Of a stretch of DNA of 64,000 nucleotides, positions 47,930 through 61,465 are shown one piece after another. Where the stretch lies: contig OY740807.1 in assembly GCA_963514005.1 (NCBI GenBank), positions 29,264,001 to 29,328,000 on the forward strand, read 5' to 3'. The notes under the pieces are model-generated. The model was not told the origin of the DNA and made no database searches. It saw nothing but the letters and a program-made list of their open reading frames with translations. The stretch is from Raja brachyura (lineage: Eukaryota). The position numbers were made by a program, and so were the translations under genes. Within the stretch, counting starts at the first letter, position 1, and each line of letters starts with the position of its first letter.

Positions 47930-48800
47930 TTAGTGACTACTGTCCAGTGGGTCTAATGTTCACCATCATGAAGTGCTTCAAGAGGCTGGTCATGAAGCAC
48001 ATCATCTCCAGCCACCCAGACAGCCATGATCCACTACAATTTGCCCACCGCGATAACAGGTAATATTAGATAATAATAGATAATAGACAATAGGTGCAGG
48101 AGTAGGCCATTTGGCCCATCGAGCCAGCACCGCCATACAGATGTTCATCCCCAATCTGTACCCGGGTCTGGTGTGGAGATCATCTCCTTGGTCCTAAACT
48201 CCTGGGCCTAGGAATTTGAAATTGGATCCTTGACCTCCAGACTCAAATACCATGATGAGTAATAATAAGTGACAAAACATTCTCCATAATAATTCTCAAC
48301 CCCAATGCCCCACAAGACTGTATTCTCTGCCCATTAGTGTACTCACTGTACACTCTTGACTGCGTGGTCAAATTCTGCTCTAATTCCACTTACACATTTG
48401 CAGATGGTACCACCGTACTGGGCTGGATCACAAACAATGACAATACAGAGTACAGGAAGGAGATTTAGGAGTTTAGAAGCATGGTGTAAAGACGACAACC
48501 CTCAATGTCAGTAAAATAAAGGAGCTGGTTATCGACTGCGGAAAGCATGATGGAGTGCATTTGGACTTGTTGATTACCTACAGATCATTTATGGTGGACA
48601 GCAGTTATGGTGCTGAAGTGGAGTGGATGAGGAGTTTCAAGTTCTTAGGCATAAATATCTTCAATAATTTATCCTGGGCCAACCACATTAACACTGTGGC
48701 TAAGAAAACACATCACACCTCTACTTCCTCAGAAGATGAAGGAAATTTGACAATGAGTCTCCAATGACTCTTCCCAATCTCTACAGATGCACCAAAGAAA
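47930..48800 (+). mobile_element. Degraded Rex1-like LINE fragment with a small CR1 3' insert
   Basis: IMKCFKRLV, DPLQFA, SFKFLGINIFNNLSWANHI remnants. Confidence 0.7.
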
Positions 48801-49762
48801 ACATTACAGATGCTGGAATCTTACCGGAAAAATAAACCGCTGGTGAGTCAGGCAGCATCTGTGGAGGAAAATGGACAGATAACCATTGCTGTCCATTTCC
48901 CTCCACAGATCCTGCCTGACACAATGACTTCCTGCAGCTGTCTGTTTTTTTACTCTAGATTTCAATCTCATTCGTGAACAGGAACCTGTAACTATACTTG
49001 ACCTGCATGAAAATGGTATGTGGTCACAACACAATTCCAGTACACCTCTCTCAACCATACCACCCTTTGTCGAATTTTAGTTAAATTAAAACAGGACAAA
49101 TATAAACACCTGTAAGAACACTTTTAGCTGTAATGATAAAGGCAACTGTAATAATGCAAACCAGCTAATTCTTAATGAAATACTCTGGCAGAGGCAATAG
49201 TACATAGTACAACACAGGAGCAGCTCCTCCAACCCACAATATCCATGCCTAAAGATGATGCCAAATTAAACAAATCTCCTCTACCTGCATGTGAACCATA
49301 TCCTAGTGCCTGTACAAAAGTCCCGAGGGAAAATGCCCCCTTTGTATCTGCCTCCACCACCACTTCTGCCAGCGCACTCCAGTCATCCACCACTCCCTAT
49401 ATAAAAAAACCTGCCCAGCACATGTTCTTTAAACTTTACCCCTCTTATCTTAAAGCTATGCCCTTTAGTCATTGACATCGGGGAAAAACGTTCTGATTGG
49501 CGTCCCTACCTGCGCCTCTCATCATTTTATAAACTTCCATCAGGTCGCCCCTCAACATCCGACACTCCAGAAAAAACAATCCAAGTTTGTTCAACTTCTC
49601 CCTATAGCTGATCCCTTCGAATGCAGACAGCATTAGAAACATAGAAAATAAAGTTGGCGCAGGAGGAGGCCATTTGGCCCTTCGAGCCAGCATTGCCATT
49701 CATTGTGATCATGGCTGATCATCCACAATCAGTAACCCGTGCCTGCCTTCTCCCCATATCAT

Positions 49763-50792
49763 TAGGTATGTCACAAAACTTACCTTGAGCAGCGCTGCAG
49801 TTCTGCCGTTCCCCGTGTGCGTGGCTTTGGCGCCTTTCAGAGGGGGGCGGGCTTAAAGTGCCGTTTTTCAACAGACATGGAAAATCGATCAATGTCGGGC
49901 GATTTCGTTGCGGAAGAGAAATCGCTCCGACATTTCATGAATGAAGGTATATTTAAATTACTCTAAATTATTTACTAACTAGAGTAATTTAAAAATCACC
50001 TTCAAAAGTCGTGAGCACCGACAACCGGAAGGATTTTGCGTAGGGGAGAAAAACAGGTAAATAGTTTATTTTTATATTAAAAGTTGGTTTTTCGGGAGGC
50101 TTTAATAATATTTTCATGTTGTGAAATGGGGTCCCAAAAAATGTATGAACAAACAGTATTTTTCCTCCCAACTTCACCGCTAACCACAACGTTCTAATCC
50201 ACCGCATTCCACTAAAACCCACTCGCGTTGATTTAAATGGCCATTAATTTACAGGAATCAAACACTAAATTCCTTCCATTTGGCCTAGAAATTCATGAAA
50301 ATTAGATTTAAAAATTATGTTATATTGTGGATTATTGTGTGAATGTTATTTGGACACTTAGGCAATTAAAAAAAAGTTTATATTTTCTTAAGAAATGGAT
50401 AGATGTTTAGATCTACTCATTGAATTTTGTAATTAACTACAATTAGATAACTAACTAATTATATGCTTTAATTTCAGGTCATCCAAGTAAGATTGTTTCA
50501 TATTTGTTTCAGAATGCTTCAATCTATAATAACTGAAAATTGCATTGAGTTCTCTTAATTTTTAAGAAAGTTATGGGCTTTTAACTGTTCCAGATCACAG
50601 CTTTTGAGTTGTCAATTGAAAGGCAATGGGGAACAAGGTGCTAATTTCCGAGTATGAAAATGGTCATAACTTTCTTAATACTGAAGATATGAAAGTGAAT
50701 TAGGTGTCAAATTAAACTTCTTTTTATGCTTTATCTGATGGGATAAATTGCAGACTTGATTTTTAAAATCTCAAAATTTTGTAACATTGCTA
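49763..50792 (-). mobile_element. Second, inverted copy of the ~1.03-kb DNA transposon, 7-bp TSD ATATCAT, inserted in a CR1 3' end
   Basis: TSD at 49756-49762 and 50793-50799; the CR1 sequence resumes in register afterwards. Confidence 0.88.
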
Positions 50793-51457
50793 ATATCATT
50801 TGATTCCGCTAGCCCCTAGTGCTCATTCTAACTCTCTTTTAAATTCATCCAGTGAATTGGCCTCCACTGCCTTCTGTGGCAGAGAATTACACAAATTCAA
50901 CTCTCTGGGTGAAAATGTTTTTTCTCATCTCAGTTTTAAATGGCCTCCCCTTTATTCATAGGCTGTGGCCCTGGTTCTGGACTCCCCCAACATTGGGAGC
51001 ATTCGGGTAAACCTCTTGTGCACCCACTCCAAAGTCTCCACATCCTTCTTGTAAAGTGGTGGCCGGAATTTCAGACAGTACCACAGGTGCAGTTGATCCA
51101 ATGTCCTATAAAGCTGGAACCTGACTTCCTGACTCATAATCAGGGCTCTGACCGCTGAAGGCAAACATCGCATTTGGCAAACTCGAGATAAAGCGACACT
51201 GCACCGAAAGTCCCAAATATAAACTAAAACTAACCATGACAACATTTCACCACTTCCGAGGAGACATGGAGAACGTGCCTACATCTGCCAGTCATTGTAG
51301 TAACTCCCATATCTTTAGAATGGAATGCAGGGCAAAGTCAAATTCAACAATTTACTTTTCACATTTAAGTTCATGGCTTGAATGTGGCAGCTTGATTTCA
51401 ACTGCTGTGACCATTCATTTCAATTGTAATAAATGATCTACAGACGATCCCCGTCTT

Positions 51458-51850
51458 AAGCCAGGGTCATGTCCCGTGGACCCTTGTATAAGTCAGACAT
51501 TACGCAAGTCAGAAACAGAAGTGCTATTGCGCACGCCTAAATTTACTGTTCGTTGGGGAGAACACGTGACGTTGGTCTTCAGATGGGAAGATGGGAGTTC
51601 CGACACGAAAAAGTTTTGAGAGTTCCCACGAAGGGACAACATGGGAACTGCGACACGGAGACCACGTGGGAGCTCTGATGTGGAGACCACATGGGAGCAT
51701 CCAATGAGAACAGTCGACGGGCATGCGACAGCAGCAGCGCACTGGTACTGAGAGTACCGAGACACACAACTTGGAAATAAAGAAGTGGGCTTAAAGAATT
51801 TCTCATTGAAATAAATTGCCTATTATAAATCAGAGATTGCTGTACTGAAG
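51458..51850. mobile_element. Possible Tc1/Tigger-like DNA element remnant
   Basis: Begins ta|cagacgatccccgtcttaag, a Tigger-like TIR pattern, with CpG-rich interior; other end not resolved. Confidence 0.4.
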
Positions 51851-51990
51851 GAAAGAGATACATTTTCTATTAGGTTAAACAAAACAAGTCCACAGGAAAT
51901 GTCAATATAACTAGACAATTTATGAAATTCAAATACTGCAGTCACACAAATAAAATACACATAATGCTGCGGTAAAATATTCTTACTCAC

Positions 51991-52047
51991 CTCGTACAAG
52001 TTACAGACTCACTGGGAGTGTTGCACTCACTCATCCCTCTATTTAAT
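51991..52047 (-). promoter_or_regulatory. Candidate gene B promoter (TATA-like ATTAAATA at 52047-52040) and short 5' exon ending in a consensus donor
   Basis: The ATG exon has an acceptor, so an upstream exon is needed; cgag|GTGAGT donor at 51990 lies about 50 nt downstream of the TATA-like motif. Confidence 0.45.
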
Positions 52048-53769
52048 GGTAGGGCCACTCCCAAATAAATCGTGGATGGATGCCCCTTCTGTGGCCACTC
52101 AAGTTTCAAATGCAGCAGTGGTGTTAAATCTACTCAATATAGGTGTGGCAGATTCATTTTAATCTAGTATTTAGTGTGAAACATCCAAAGGTTGACAAAA
52201 CATCAAGAGTGAAAGCCAAATGGTAGAGGTGGTACCAGCCCTGAAACCTATAATTACTGAATGGATTCCATGGCCTGCATTTTCTCCCACTTCATCAATG
52301 GTCGGAGCTCAATCTGGTGCGGTCAAGCCCATATCAATTTGGTAAAAAGGATCGTGTAATAGTATAAAGTAGGAAAAATCATTTGCCCGTGTGGCATCTC
52401 CCTTGGTTTCAAATAGGCTGCACATTCACTGTCACATACATAACATTATTGCACAAAGTCAACATCTATTCCAATATGTTTCCTCTCATTTTGTTCGAAG
52501 GCTTGCAAATTAAAATTATTTACCATAGGTTTGTAATGATGCCCTATAATAAGCTGCAAGACGATGGTGGTTTGCTGTGTACAAAATTGTCCATGATCGC
52601 AATTGGAAATAAGAATGACAAATATAAAGTGAAATCCGCCACAATAGCAAACTATTTACCGATTTATAATGATGACTTAAGAGAATGCCCACTTGGGCGT
52701 CATTTGCGCGACGGGCCAGTCGTGACTGACGCACGAAAATCGTCTAGCAGTACGAACGTCGCGCGCCAAGTGCACTTGAGGGCCCTGCATCTTTTGGGAG
52801 CCATTTGCGATCTCGTTCGTACTTAGTCCGATCTCCGTAGCAAGGATTTTCCCATCAGGAGAGCCAAACTTGTAACTCCTAACCATCAGGAGGGCACACT
52901 CTATAGTGAGTTCCAAAGGCAGAGCCATTTGTACATCGGCTGGAGTTCGTGGATCAGTTTTTAGGCTTCATTGGTTCAATTGGATATACAAAAGAAACAA
53001 GACGAGAGAACACTGGGTTCACTAAGTGTCAAGAGGCATTTCTTTAATAATGGGAGATCAACAACTGAAGCAGTTTGCAGAATGGCTGGGTGGTTTCATG
53101 ACAGAAACATTATCTGACCTGACAGGGAGCAAAGAATCTTTGATACCTTTAGTTACACAGAAAATTCATTTGCACAATGCATAACTTTTCATTATTTGAT
53201 CAATCTTGTCAAAGAAGCTTGCATTTCTCATCTGGCTCTGACCTGCTTGAGTAATCTCCTGCTTTCTAATTACAGCGTTGGCTGGATGGTTATGGAACTT
53301 GTTGCCGAGCATGAATAATTGATGGGAATCTAAATTGCTCCCTCGAGATAAATGGGACTGCTTTCATAGCAGTTTTGCCTCACCTTTACATTCCTTGTTG
53401 CAAAGTCTTATGACATGCAAAACACCATGCATCTACTTCAAAAATTCACACAATCCAGGTTATTATACCTAACATGATGCCAGAGCTCCTCAAAAGCATC
53501 TCAAAGGATCTGTCATTACTCTGAAGGGGTGCAAATGATCAGATTGCACTTAAATTATCAATTTGACAAGATGAGGAATTGTGAGATCTGTGTTGAACAT
53601 AGTTGTGGTTGCTTCAGCACCCACATGCTGGCTCTCACCATCACGTATGATGAGCATATCCCTTGTGTCTCTTTCACGAATGGTGTTTAATTACCCACAT
53701 TTATATATGACTTGGTGTCGTAGGGCTGCACAGTTTCAGTCTAATCCATTGGTTGTGAATACAGTTGTA

Positions 53770-54330
53770 CAAGTCATTGGCAAGGCCCCATTTGGAGTGT
53801 TGTGTTCAGTTGTGGTCACCTTACCTTAGGAAAGATTCCATTAGTCTGGAAAGGGTGCGGGAAGAAAAATGAAGGATGTCCGCAGGACTTGAGGGCCTGA
53901 TATGGGGAGAGGTTGGGCAGGCTAAGACGTTATTCCTCGGAGTGCAGGAGGCCGAGGGGTGATCTTATAGAGGTGTGTAAAATCATAAGGGTAATGGATA
54001 GGGTAAATGCACAAAATAATTTACCCAGATTGGGAGAATCAAGAACTAGAGAGCATAGGCTTAAGGCGAGTGGGGAAAGATTTAATAGGAACCTGTGGGG
54101 CAATGTTTTTACACAGAGTGGTGGGTGCATGGAAAAAGCTACCAGGGGAAGTAGTTGAAGTGGGTACAATAGCAACATTTAAAATACATTTGGATAGGTA
54201 CATGGATAGGAAAGGTTTAGAGGGATATTGACCAAACATAGGCAAATGGGATGAGCATAGATGTGGCATCTTGGTCAGCATTGATGAGATGGGCTGAAGA
54301 GCCTGTTTCCATGCTGTTTGACTCTAACTC
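53770..54330 (+). mobile_element. CR1 LINE 3' fragment
   Basis: RRPRGDLIEVCKIIR..ESRTREHRLK peptide. Confidence 0.8.
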
Positions 54331-55454
54331 AATGGGGCAACAATGATTCATCAGCTAAAGATGGGTAGTAATCAGTAGGAAGTTTCCTTGTCCATTTTTG
54401 GCCTTGTTGCCACAGAATCTCATGGGGTCTGGAGACAACATGAGGATTCCGATAAATAACCCTTCCGCCCTGAACACCATTATGCGGCTACCTATGGTGA
54501 ACCAGTGTTGGTGATGGAGGAAGCGTCTGGTACATTCTCTGTAAATTACAATTCTGTGAGTATATTTATGTCAGGATGTTGCTGGATTAGCTGTGGGACA
54601 GATCTCCCTCTCTGGACAACAAGTGCTTATGAGAAGGACTTTTCCTATATATTGACTGGGCTGGAACTGACTTTGCTGTGTTCACATTCAGTGCGTAGAT
54701 GGATGCCAGATGGTGCATCTGGTTTTAATCTTTCTCTGAACACAGCTGTAATGGTCCCGCTGATTGACTTCTGGAACTGCCTCAAGAACATTTAAAAGTT
54801 AACCACATTGATCTGGAGTCTTACATAGGCCAGACTATTCATGATGAGTCACATCCTCCTCTGAAGGTCATTGCTGAAGCAGAGGGCTTCTAATGATAAT
54901 CTGATAGTTTTTTCAGATAATTACAAAAAAGACCAGTTGTTTTTCCAAATTCCAGATAATTAATTGAATTTAAGTTCCACAGCTGCCGTGGATCTGAACT
55001 TGGATTGCTGCATTGTTATTCCAACTCCCTGGCAATTTAATTGCGTGTAATGTAGACCAGTGGGAATTTGGGTCTAATTTACTAACTTCCATATAAGCAC
55101 GCGCCTCATGTTGTGCACAAAATCAGATGGTGAGCAATAACGGCCAAGAATCTTGTCGAATAGAGCATTAATCTGAATACACACTTTGGGCATAGTTACA
55201 TACAAACCTTTATGCAAACCAATCACTAAATCGTTGCAGCACAGTGAGAGGCAATGTGTCTATTGAATTCCAGATCATGATGGTGGATTGAATGAGAAAC
55301 TATAACCTGGGCTGCCAATGTTTATGCTAAGCCTTTAAGTTCATGTCCTCTTCTTTTCAACCTATCTGCTAACTGTTTCGGTATCACTTTTTTTTTTTAA
55401 GTCCCTTCGTGACTTTTAACATCTCTATTATAATCATCTCTCAACAATCTGATG

Positions 55455-55945
55455 TTATAGGAAAGATATTGTCAAGACATTGTCAAGCCTGAAAGGGCTC
55501 AGAGAAGATTTACGAGGATGTTGCCAGGACTAGAGGGTCTTAGCTATAGTGAGAGGTTGAGTAGGCTGGGTTTCTATTGATGGTATAAAATTATGAGAGG
55601 AATAGATCAGGAAGATGCACGGAATCTCTTGCCCGGAGTAGGGGAATCGCAGACCAGAGGACATAGGTTCAAGGTGAAGGGAAAAATATTTAATTGGAAT
55701 CTGAAGAATAACTTTTTCACACATAGGATGGTGGGTGTATGGAACAAGCTGCCAGATGAGGTAGTTGAGGCGGGGACTATCCCAACATTTAAGAAACAGT
55801 TAAACAGGTACATGGACAGGACAGGTTTGGAGGGATATGGATGAAACTCAGGCAGGTGGGACTAATGTAGTTGGGACATGTTGGCCAGTGTGAGCAAGTT
55901 GGGCCGAAGGGCCATTTTCAACACTGTAACACCTCACAACTCTAA
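55455..55945 (+). mobile_element. CR1 LINE 3' fragment
   Basis: MRGID...GESQTRGHRFKV...FFTHRMVGVWNKLP peptide. Confidence 0.82.
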
Positions 55946-58900
55946 TCTCTGTTCCAAGAAAACATTTGCAAATTTCTTCATTCATGTAACTGAAATCCCT
56001 CCTTGCCAGGAATAAACAACTATATATTTTTGTTTCCTCTTAGGCCTACATTCCTTTTTGTGCACTGACAAGAAATGAATGCAATCCTTTGTACCTCGGG
56101 CCAAATCGACATTTTATAAAGATTCAGTAGAGCTTGTGTAACCTCTGCCACTGTATATTATCCTGAATGTTTTTTTTTAAATTGTTTCTGAATAGTCCAA
56201 CCACAGTCGATAATTTATGTACATATATTTCAGGTTTTTATGCATTCTTTTAGAACTGCATCATTTGCATCAAATGTTTTTCCTTGTACTTCCTTCTGTG
56301 GCATTGTTAAATTCCAATTGCCTTGTTCAATTGCTTTGCATAGTTCAGCAGTCTGTCTAAACTTCCTCAAAATGTATTGCTATTTTCCCCACAGATTACC
56401 ACACTTCTATGTGCTGTGGCAGTTTTTGAATTGGCACACTTTACTCCCAAAGGGTCCAAATTATTAAAATATATCAAGAGCAGCTGTGGTCATAGTACAG
56501 ACTTTCCTCTAGCCATATATACAGTTGATTTCATATCCATGCTGCCACCAACTCTCTAATTGCAAAGGCTTCAGTTCTGCTGATGTGGCTCTTTATCAAA
56601 ATTAAGCTCACTGCTGAAAATGTCACATAAAATGACTATATAGATTTAAATAACATTTATGAAACTGGAGAAGTTTAATCACCCCATCTTGTCTGAGCTG
56701 ACTTCAATCCAACCTAACCAACCCCCTCCCCCAATCCAGCATTGGGTCGACAGCCTTGCAGGTCATGAAGTCCCCAAAAAATACATCCAACCACGTTTTA
56801 CATTTAATGAAAGTTTTTCCCCTTTGCTAGGAGGAACAGATATGCTAACCTCAGCATAGCTAATACCCACAGATTCTTTAAAGACACCACATCCAACCCA
56901 GACCCCTCTGATGACCAATGTATCTGCAAGCCCAAGATTCCCAAGACTGTTATCAATGAAATACGTGGCAGTCTAGAGGAAGACCTCAGGGACAACATAA
57001 ATCCCGTTTCCCCTCAATCTCTGATGTTCTAGAGAAAAGTATGGCACCAGTGTTATTTGATGCGTTATTCTACTGCTTCACATCCCTTTACACTCCCAAT
57101 TTACACGCCCAATTTATGGGGTAACAGCTATGCTATTTTTGCCAAAACAAAGCTGCAGTAAGGAAATTGGACCCTGAATATTCACATGGAGTAATACTGT
57201 GCCATGTCCACTGAAGAATAACAGAGTTCCTCAGAGCGTATTCATGGGGTAATGGTTGTGTGCCATGCAGAACCACAGACATTTACCCTTTTGCTTTCCA
57301 TATCTCTTACAACATTCGAGTTGAATATTTACTAGTTTCCCAAGTTGATGATTTTTCTGGATCTTGTTTCACCGATTCCCTACAGGATGTTTCCACTGTT
57401 AAAGAATTAAAGGATGTTCCTTTGGGAAGGAGATGAGGAGGAATTTCTTTTGTCAGTGGGTGGTGAAGCTGTGGAAGTTATTGCCACAGAAGGTTGTGGA
57501 GGCCAAGTCAATGGATATTTTTTAAGGCAGAGATAGATAGATTCTTGATTAGTATAGGTGACAGGGGTTACTGGGGGAGATGGCATGAGAATGGGGTTAT
57601 GAGAGAGAGAGAGAGAGATCAGCTATGACTGAATAGACTTGATGGGTTAAATTATGAACGAACAGCATCATACTCATGTCAATGTTTCAGGCAGGAGCTT
57701 ATATAATGAGAACTTACAACGTCCCAATGGACCAAGCATTATTCTGCCTAAGCTCAACATGTATATACAGGATTTTCTATATTGCTTACTTGCCATGACC
57801 AGTATGTGTGTTAACTGTAAACATTGGGAGATGTCAGTGGAGAGGAAGAATACATTTTAAAATGAGGCATTGCAATGTTGGGCACTAGTATAATATCAAT
57901 GGGAAGGGCCTGTTGCTGTGGTAATGACACAGAACCTTTGTTCAAGTTACAATTATTACCTTCAATGCCAGAACAAATAATCAGTACCCTGTGGCAGTTT
58001 ATTCTGAAACTAGCAATTTTAATAAACTGGTGAATCTCAAGTTACTAAATCCAAACCATTCTTTTGCAATATAATGTAATTTATGATGTAAGAATTCTAT
58101 ATTAAAAACAAAAAAGACATAAAGTTTTATCCTTTGTGTTATTTTATCATTATAGGTACATTTAGAAATTACTAGACTAAGTTTGGACCCATTGGGCACC
58201 GTCCCCCAACGCAATATTCCACCACTGACCCATAGCCCCCAACTGCGCAGGCGCGGCTGACGGGTTCCCGTTGTGACGCGAGTCACGGCAACCCTCCCCT
58301 AACTACGCAGGCACAATCAAAGGTACATTTAGAAAAGATTTCATTGGTTGATATTATTTTATTGCTCATTAACTTACTGACCTTACAGCCAACAGGATTA
58401 GACAACTTAATTCTTAAGTGAAATGGGCCCTTTTATGACCCACTATCATAAGCAGTCCAGGGTAATGTGTAACCCATTCTCCCAAGCAATCCTTCTACAG
58501 CTAGAATTCTCTGCCTGAAAACCAGTTCTGTCATGTGATCTGAATACTGAACACTCTAGTGCAAGACTTAAATAAATCATGAATATAAACGAAGTACTCA
58601 ATATTTGTAAGAACCATACATCTAAAAATAAACACGAGACATAATTCTGAGAACACTCCAACCCACATTCATAGAGGGATCCTTATTTTTAGAATAAACT
58701 CACGTGGATCAAGGTCAATGCAGAAAATCTGTACGAAGCATATACCTGAATATGTCATCGGTCCCATTTCCACAGCGAATGTAACCGAGCTGAATGGTCT
58801 AGAAATAAATGAATCTAAACGTGAATTAATCAGGTCCCACGGATTATAATCAAGTAAAATTAAATTGGATATACGATACACATATTGCATTAGGTTGTTC

Positions 58901-59589
58901 TCGTGCATTGAATTTGACAAACGTCAGACAAGAGAAAATCATGGTTGCAATCGTGCAGTGATGCATGATTTATTAGATTATGAAGAAGGTCAGTAATTAA
59001 ATTTATTATTAACCTAGATATCATAGTAAAAGGGATTCAAGAACAGCGCATAATATAAAACAGGCAATCAAAAACAGGAAAAGTTCATTGTAAGTCCAGG
59101 GCTTTTTAAAAATATGCGTAACCAGAGAGAAAGTTGGGCTGCCAAAGGATAAAGGAGAGAGTTTTTGCTTGGATTAATGCAAGGTGCTCTAGGAGTACTT
59201 TGCATCTACATTCACCAAGGAGCAGGACTTTGATGGAAGCATATAAGACGCGAGAGGCACAGGTAGGGTAGACAGTCAGAACCTTTTTACCAGGGTGTAA
59301 ATGTCAAAGACTAAGGGGTAGAGTTTTAAGGTGAGAGGGGCAAAGTTTACACAACTTTTTATCCAGAGGGTGGTGTGTGCCTGGAATGGCAGAGTCGATA
59401 GTAGCAATTAAGAGACTTTGAAACAGGTGCATGGATATGGGAATAGAGGGATATGGATCATGTGCAGACAGATGAGATTAGTTTATCCTTGTAACATGTT
59501 CGGCACAGATATTGGAGATCTATGTGGGGATTACTAACATGCAAGGGCAGCTTGCGATCAAGAAGGAGGCAGTGTTCTGGCTCTAGAAG

Positions 59590-60110
59590 AGCACAGATAA
59601 GTCAGTGCCTGATGGGATCTATACCAGGTTATTGAGAGGGGCTAGAGAGAAGGCTGTAAGGGCTTGAAGAAGACCTCTGTATCTTTTCTAGCCACAGGCA
59701 AGTTCCCGAGGGACTGGAAAGAAGCCAATGTTGGTCCTTTGTTTAAGAAGGGAAATAGGGAAAATCCAGGTAATGAAAGGCTGGCAAGCCACATATCTGT
59801 GGTAAGGAAATTATTGAAGAGACTTCCTAGGATTAGGGTTTACTTTCATTTGGAAGAGAATGGGCTAATTAGGGTCGGTCAGCATGGCTTTGCTCATGGC
59901 ATGTTATGTCTTACAAACTTGTTTGAGTTTTATGAGGCGACAAAGGTGATCAAAGAGGATAGGGTAGTAGACGTTGTCTATCTGGATTTTAAAAGGCATT
60001 TGATAAAGTCCCTAAGGATTGGTTGATCCAGAAGGTTAAGATGCATGGGATAGGTGATGATTTGGTTGCTTAGATTCAGAACTGGCTTATTCATAGAAAA
60101 CAGAGGATTG
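59590..60110 (+). mobile_element. CR1 LINE reverse transcriptase fragment, degraded; probably continues at about 61580-62130 after the Rex1 insertion
   Basis: PRDWKEANVGPLFKKG...QHGF...CLTNLFEF...VDVVYLDF peptide. Confidence 0.85.
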
Positions 60111-60194
60111 TTCATGACTTCATAAGTGATAAGAGCAGACTTTTTGGGTCGAGAAAGTCTGAAGAAGGATCTCAAACCAAAACATCACTCATCA

Positions 60195-61465
60195 CACAGG
60201 CTTGTGCTGGCCAAACTGAAAAATATCACAAACCCCCTGCTGGACCCTCTGCAGTTTGCATATCGAGCCAATAGATCTGTGGATGATGCAGTCAACCTGG
60301 GCCTGCACTTCATCCTCCAGCACATAGACCATCAGGGTACCTATGCGAGGATTTTGTTTGTTGATTTTAGCTCTGCATTCGACACCATTGTGCCAGAGCT
60401 ACTACACTCCAAACTTTCTGAGTTGACTGTGCCTGAACCCCTCTGTCAGTGAATCACCAGCTTCCTGACAGACAGGAAGCAGTATGTGAGGCTGGGAAAG
60501 CACATCTCAGACCCACAAACCCTCAGCATAGGAGCACCGCAAGGCTGCGTACTCTACTCTCTCTAGACCAATGACTGAACCTCCACTGACTCCTCTGTCA
60601 AGCTTCTCAAGTTTGCGGATGACACAACCCTGATTGGACTGATCCAGGATGAGGAAGAATCTGCCTACAGACAGGAAGTGACACAGCTGCCGTCCTGGTG
60701 CCATCACAACAACTTGGAGCTCAATGCTCTTAAGACAGTGGAATTGATTGTAGACTTTAGGAGAGGTCCCCTTCCCTCTCACCATCAACAACACCACAGT
60801 CACATCTGTGGAGTCTTTTAAGTTCCTGGGAGCCATCATCTCCAAGGACCTTAAGTGGGGGGCTACCATCGACATCACAGTCAAAAAGGCACAACAGAGG
60901 ATGTACTTCCTGCGGCAGCTGAGGAAGCACAATCTGCCAAAGGCAATGATGATCCAATTCTATATGGCCATCGTAGAGTCTGTCAACATCTTCTCCATCA
61001 TGATCTGATTTGGCTCAGCCACCAAGCACGACATCCGGAGGCTGCAGCGAATCGTCCGATCAGCTGAGAAGGTTATTGGCAGCAACTTTCCCTCCATTGG
61101 CGAACTGTACACTGCAAGAGCCAGGAAGCGAGCGGGCAAGATCATCTCTGACCCCTCTCACCCTGGCCATAAACTCTTTGAATCACTTCCCACTGGAAGG
61201 AGACTCCGGATTGTCAAAGCTGCCACAGTCAGACATAAAAATAGCCTTTTCCACGAGTAGCAGCTCTACTCAATAACCAAAAATCTGTAGCCTCCTTTTG
61301 CTCTGGTATGTTATTTAATTCACATTTTTAATCAATAATGTTTTATTATTAATGCTTAATGTTTCATGGGTCATTCCTAACGGTCGCTGTATGTCATGTT
61401 GTCACTTGTGGGCGGGGCACCAAGGCAAATTCCTTGTATGTGAATACTTGGCCAATAAACTTATT
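60195..61465 (+). mobile_element. Rex1/Babar non-LTR retrotransposon 3' portion, RT with stops and frameshifts
   Basis: LDPLQFAYRANRSVDDAV...YARILFVDFSSAFDTIVP, KFADD, ESFKFLG...KKAQQRMYFLRQL; 3' aataaa and attc repeats. Confidence 0.9.

Noticed and set aside
52383-52928. 147-aa ORF and CpG-rich patch upstream of gene B
   Set aside because: No recognisable domain; the short CpG patch looks like a repeat fragment and cannot be supported as a gene or CpG island.
60126-61276. Intact reverse transcriptase gene or novel RT system
   Set aside because: It is an ordinary 5'-truncated Rex1/Babar LINE with in-frame stops and frameshifts.
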